Shown here: positions 63,831 to 64,000 of the stretch, piece after piece
How the letters are laid out: each line of letters opens with the position of its first letter
Position numbering within the stretch: position 1 is the first letter of the stretch
Source: Octopus sinensis
Lineage: Eukaryota
Assembly: GCF_006345805.1 (NCBI RefSeq)
Contig: NC_043004.1
Coordinates: forward strand, 69,998,001 to 70,062,000
Length of the DNA stretch: 64,000 bases
Direction: 5' to 3'
Made by a program: the position numbers and the translations under genes
The notes under the pieces: model-generated
What the model saw: only the letters and a program-made list of their open reading frames with translations
Databases searched by the model: none
Told to the model about the DNA's origin: nothing

Positions 63831-64000
63831 GTTCAGTGGTTTAATGGTTGGGGTATTTGGCTAACGATTGTATGACCGTGAGTTTGATTCCCAGTAATGT
63901 GTTGTGTCCTTGAGCAAGACACTTTACTTTACATAGCTCTATTCCTCTCGGCCAGTAAAAATCAATTGTGCCTGTGATTGAAAGGGCCAACCTTGTCTCT

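Overview
AT-rich, repeat-dense animal genomic DNA with no prokaryotic features. The SINE repertoire, microsatellite load and TTAGGG-like tracts point to a coleoid cephalopod, most likely Octopus (inference from recognised repeat families, not a database search). Most of the window is interspersed repeat: three or four SINE/retro-tail families, decayed CR1/L2, RTE and R4-like LINE fragments, Tc1/mariner, hAT, MULE-like and Helitron elements, Penelope-type hammerhead ribozyme motifs, and a 2.4-kb 79-bp satellite that arose inside a SINE. Two genes are suggested, arranged divergently. The first is an unidentified minus-strand gene with candidate alternative first exons at about 47.6-48.1 kb, 15.2-15.4 kb and 14.1-14.3 kb and small downstream exons. 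The second is a plus-strand gene with a candidate promoter at about 54.7 kb (X-box-like site plus TCTCGCGAGA palindrome) and an intact exon at 59621-60111 encoding only the N-terminal DNA-binding region (DUF4817-type HTH) of a Tc1/mariner transposase, a candidate domesticated transposase. Most ORFs in the supplied track are artefacts of microsatellites or of SINE antisense strands.
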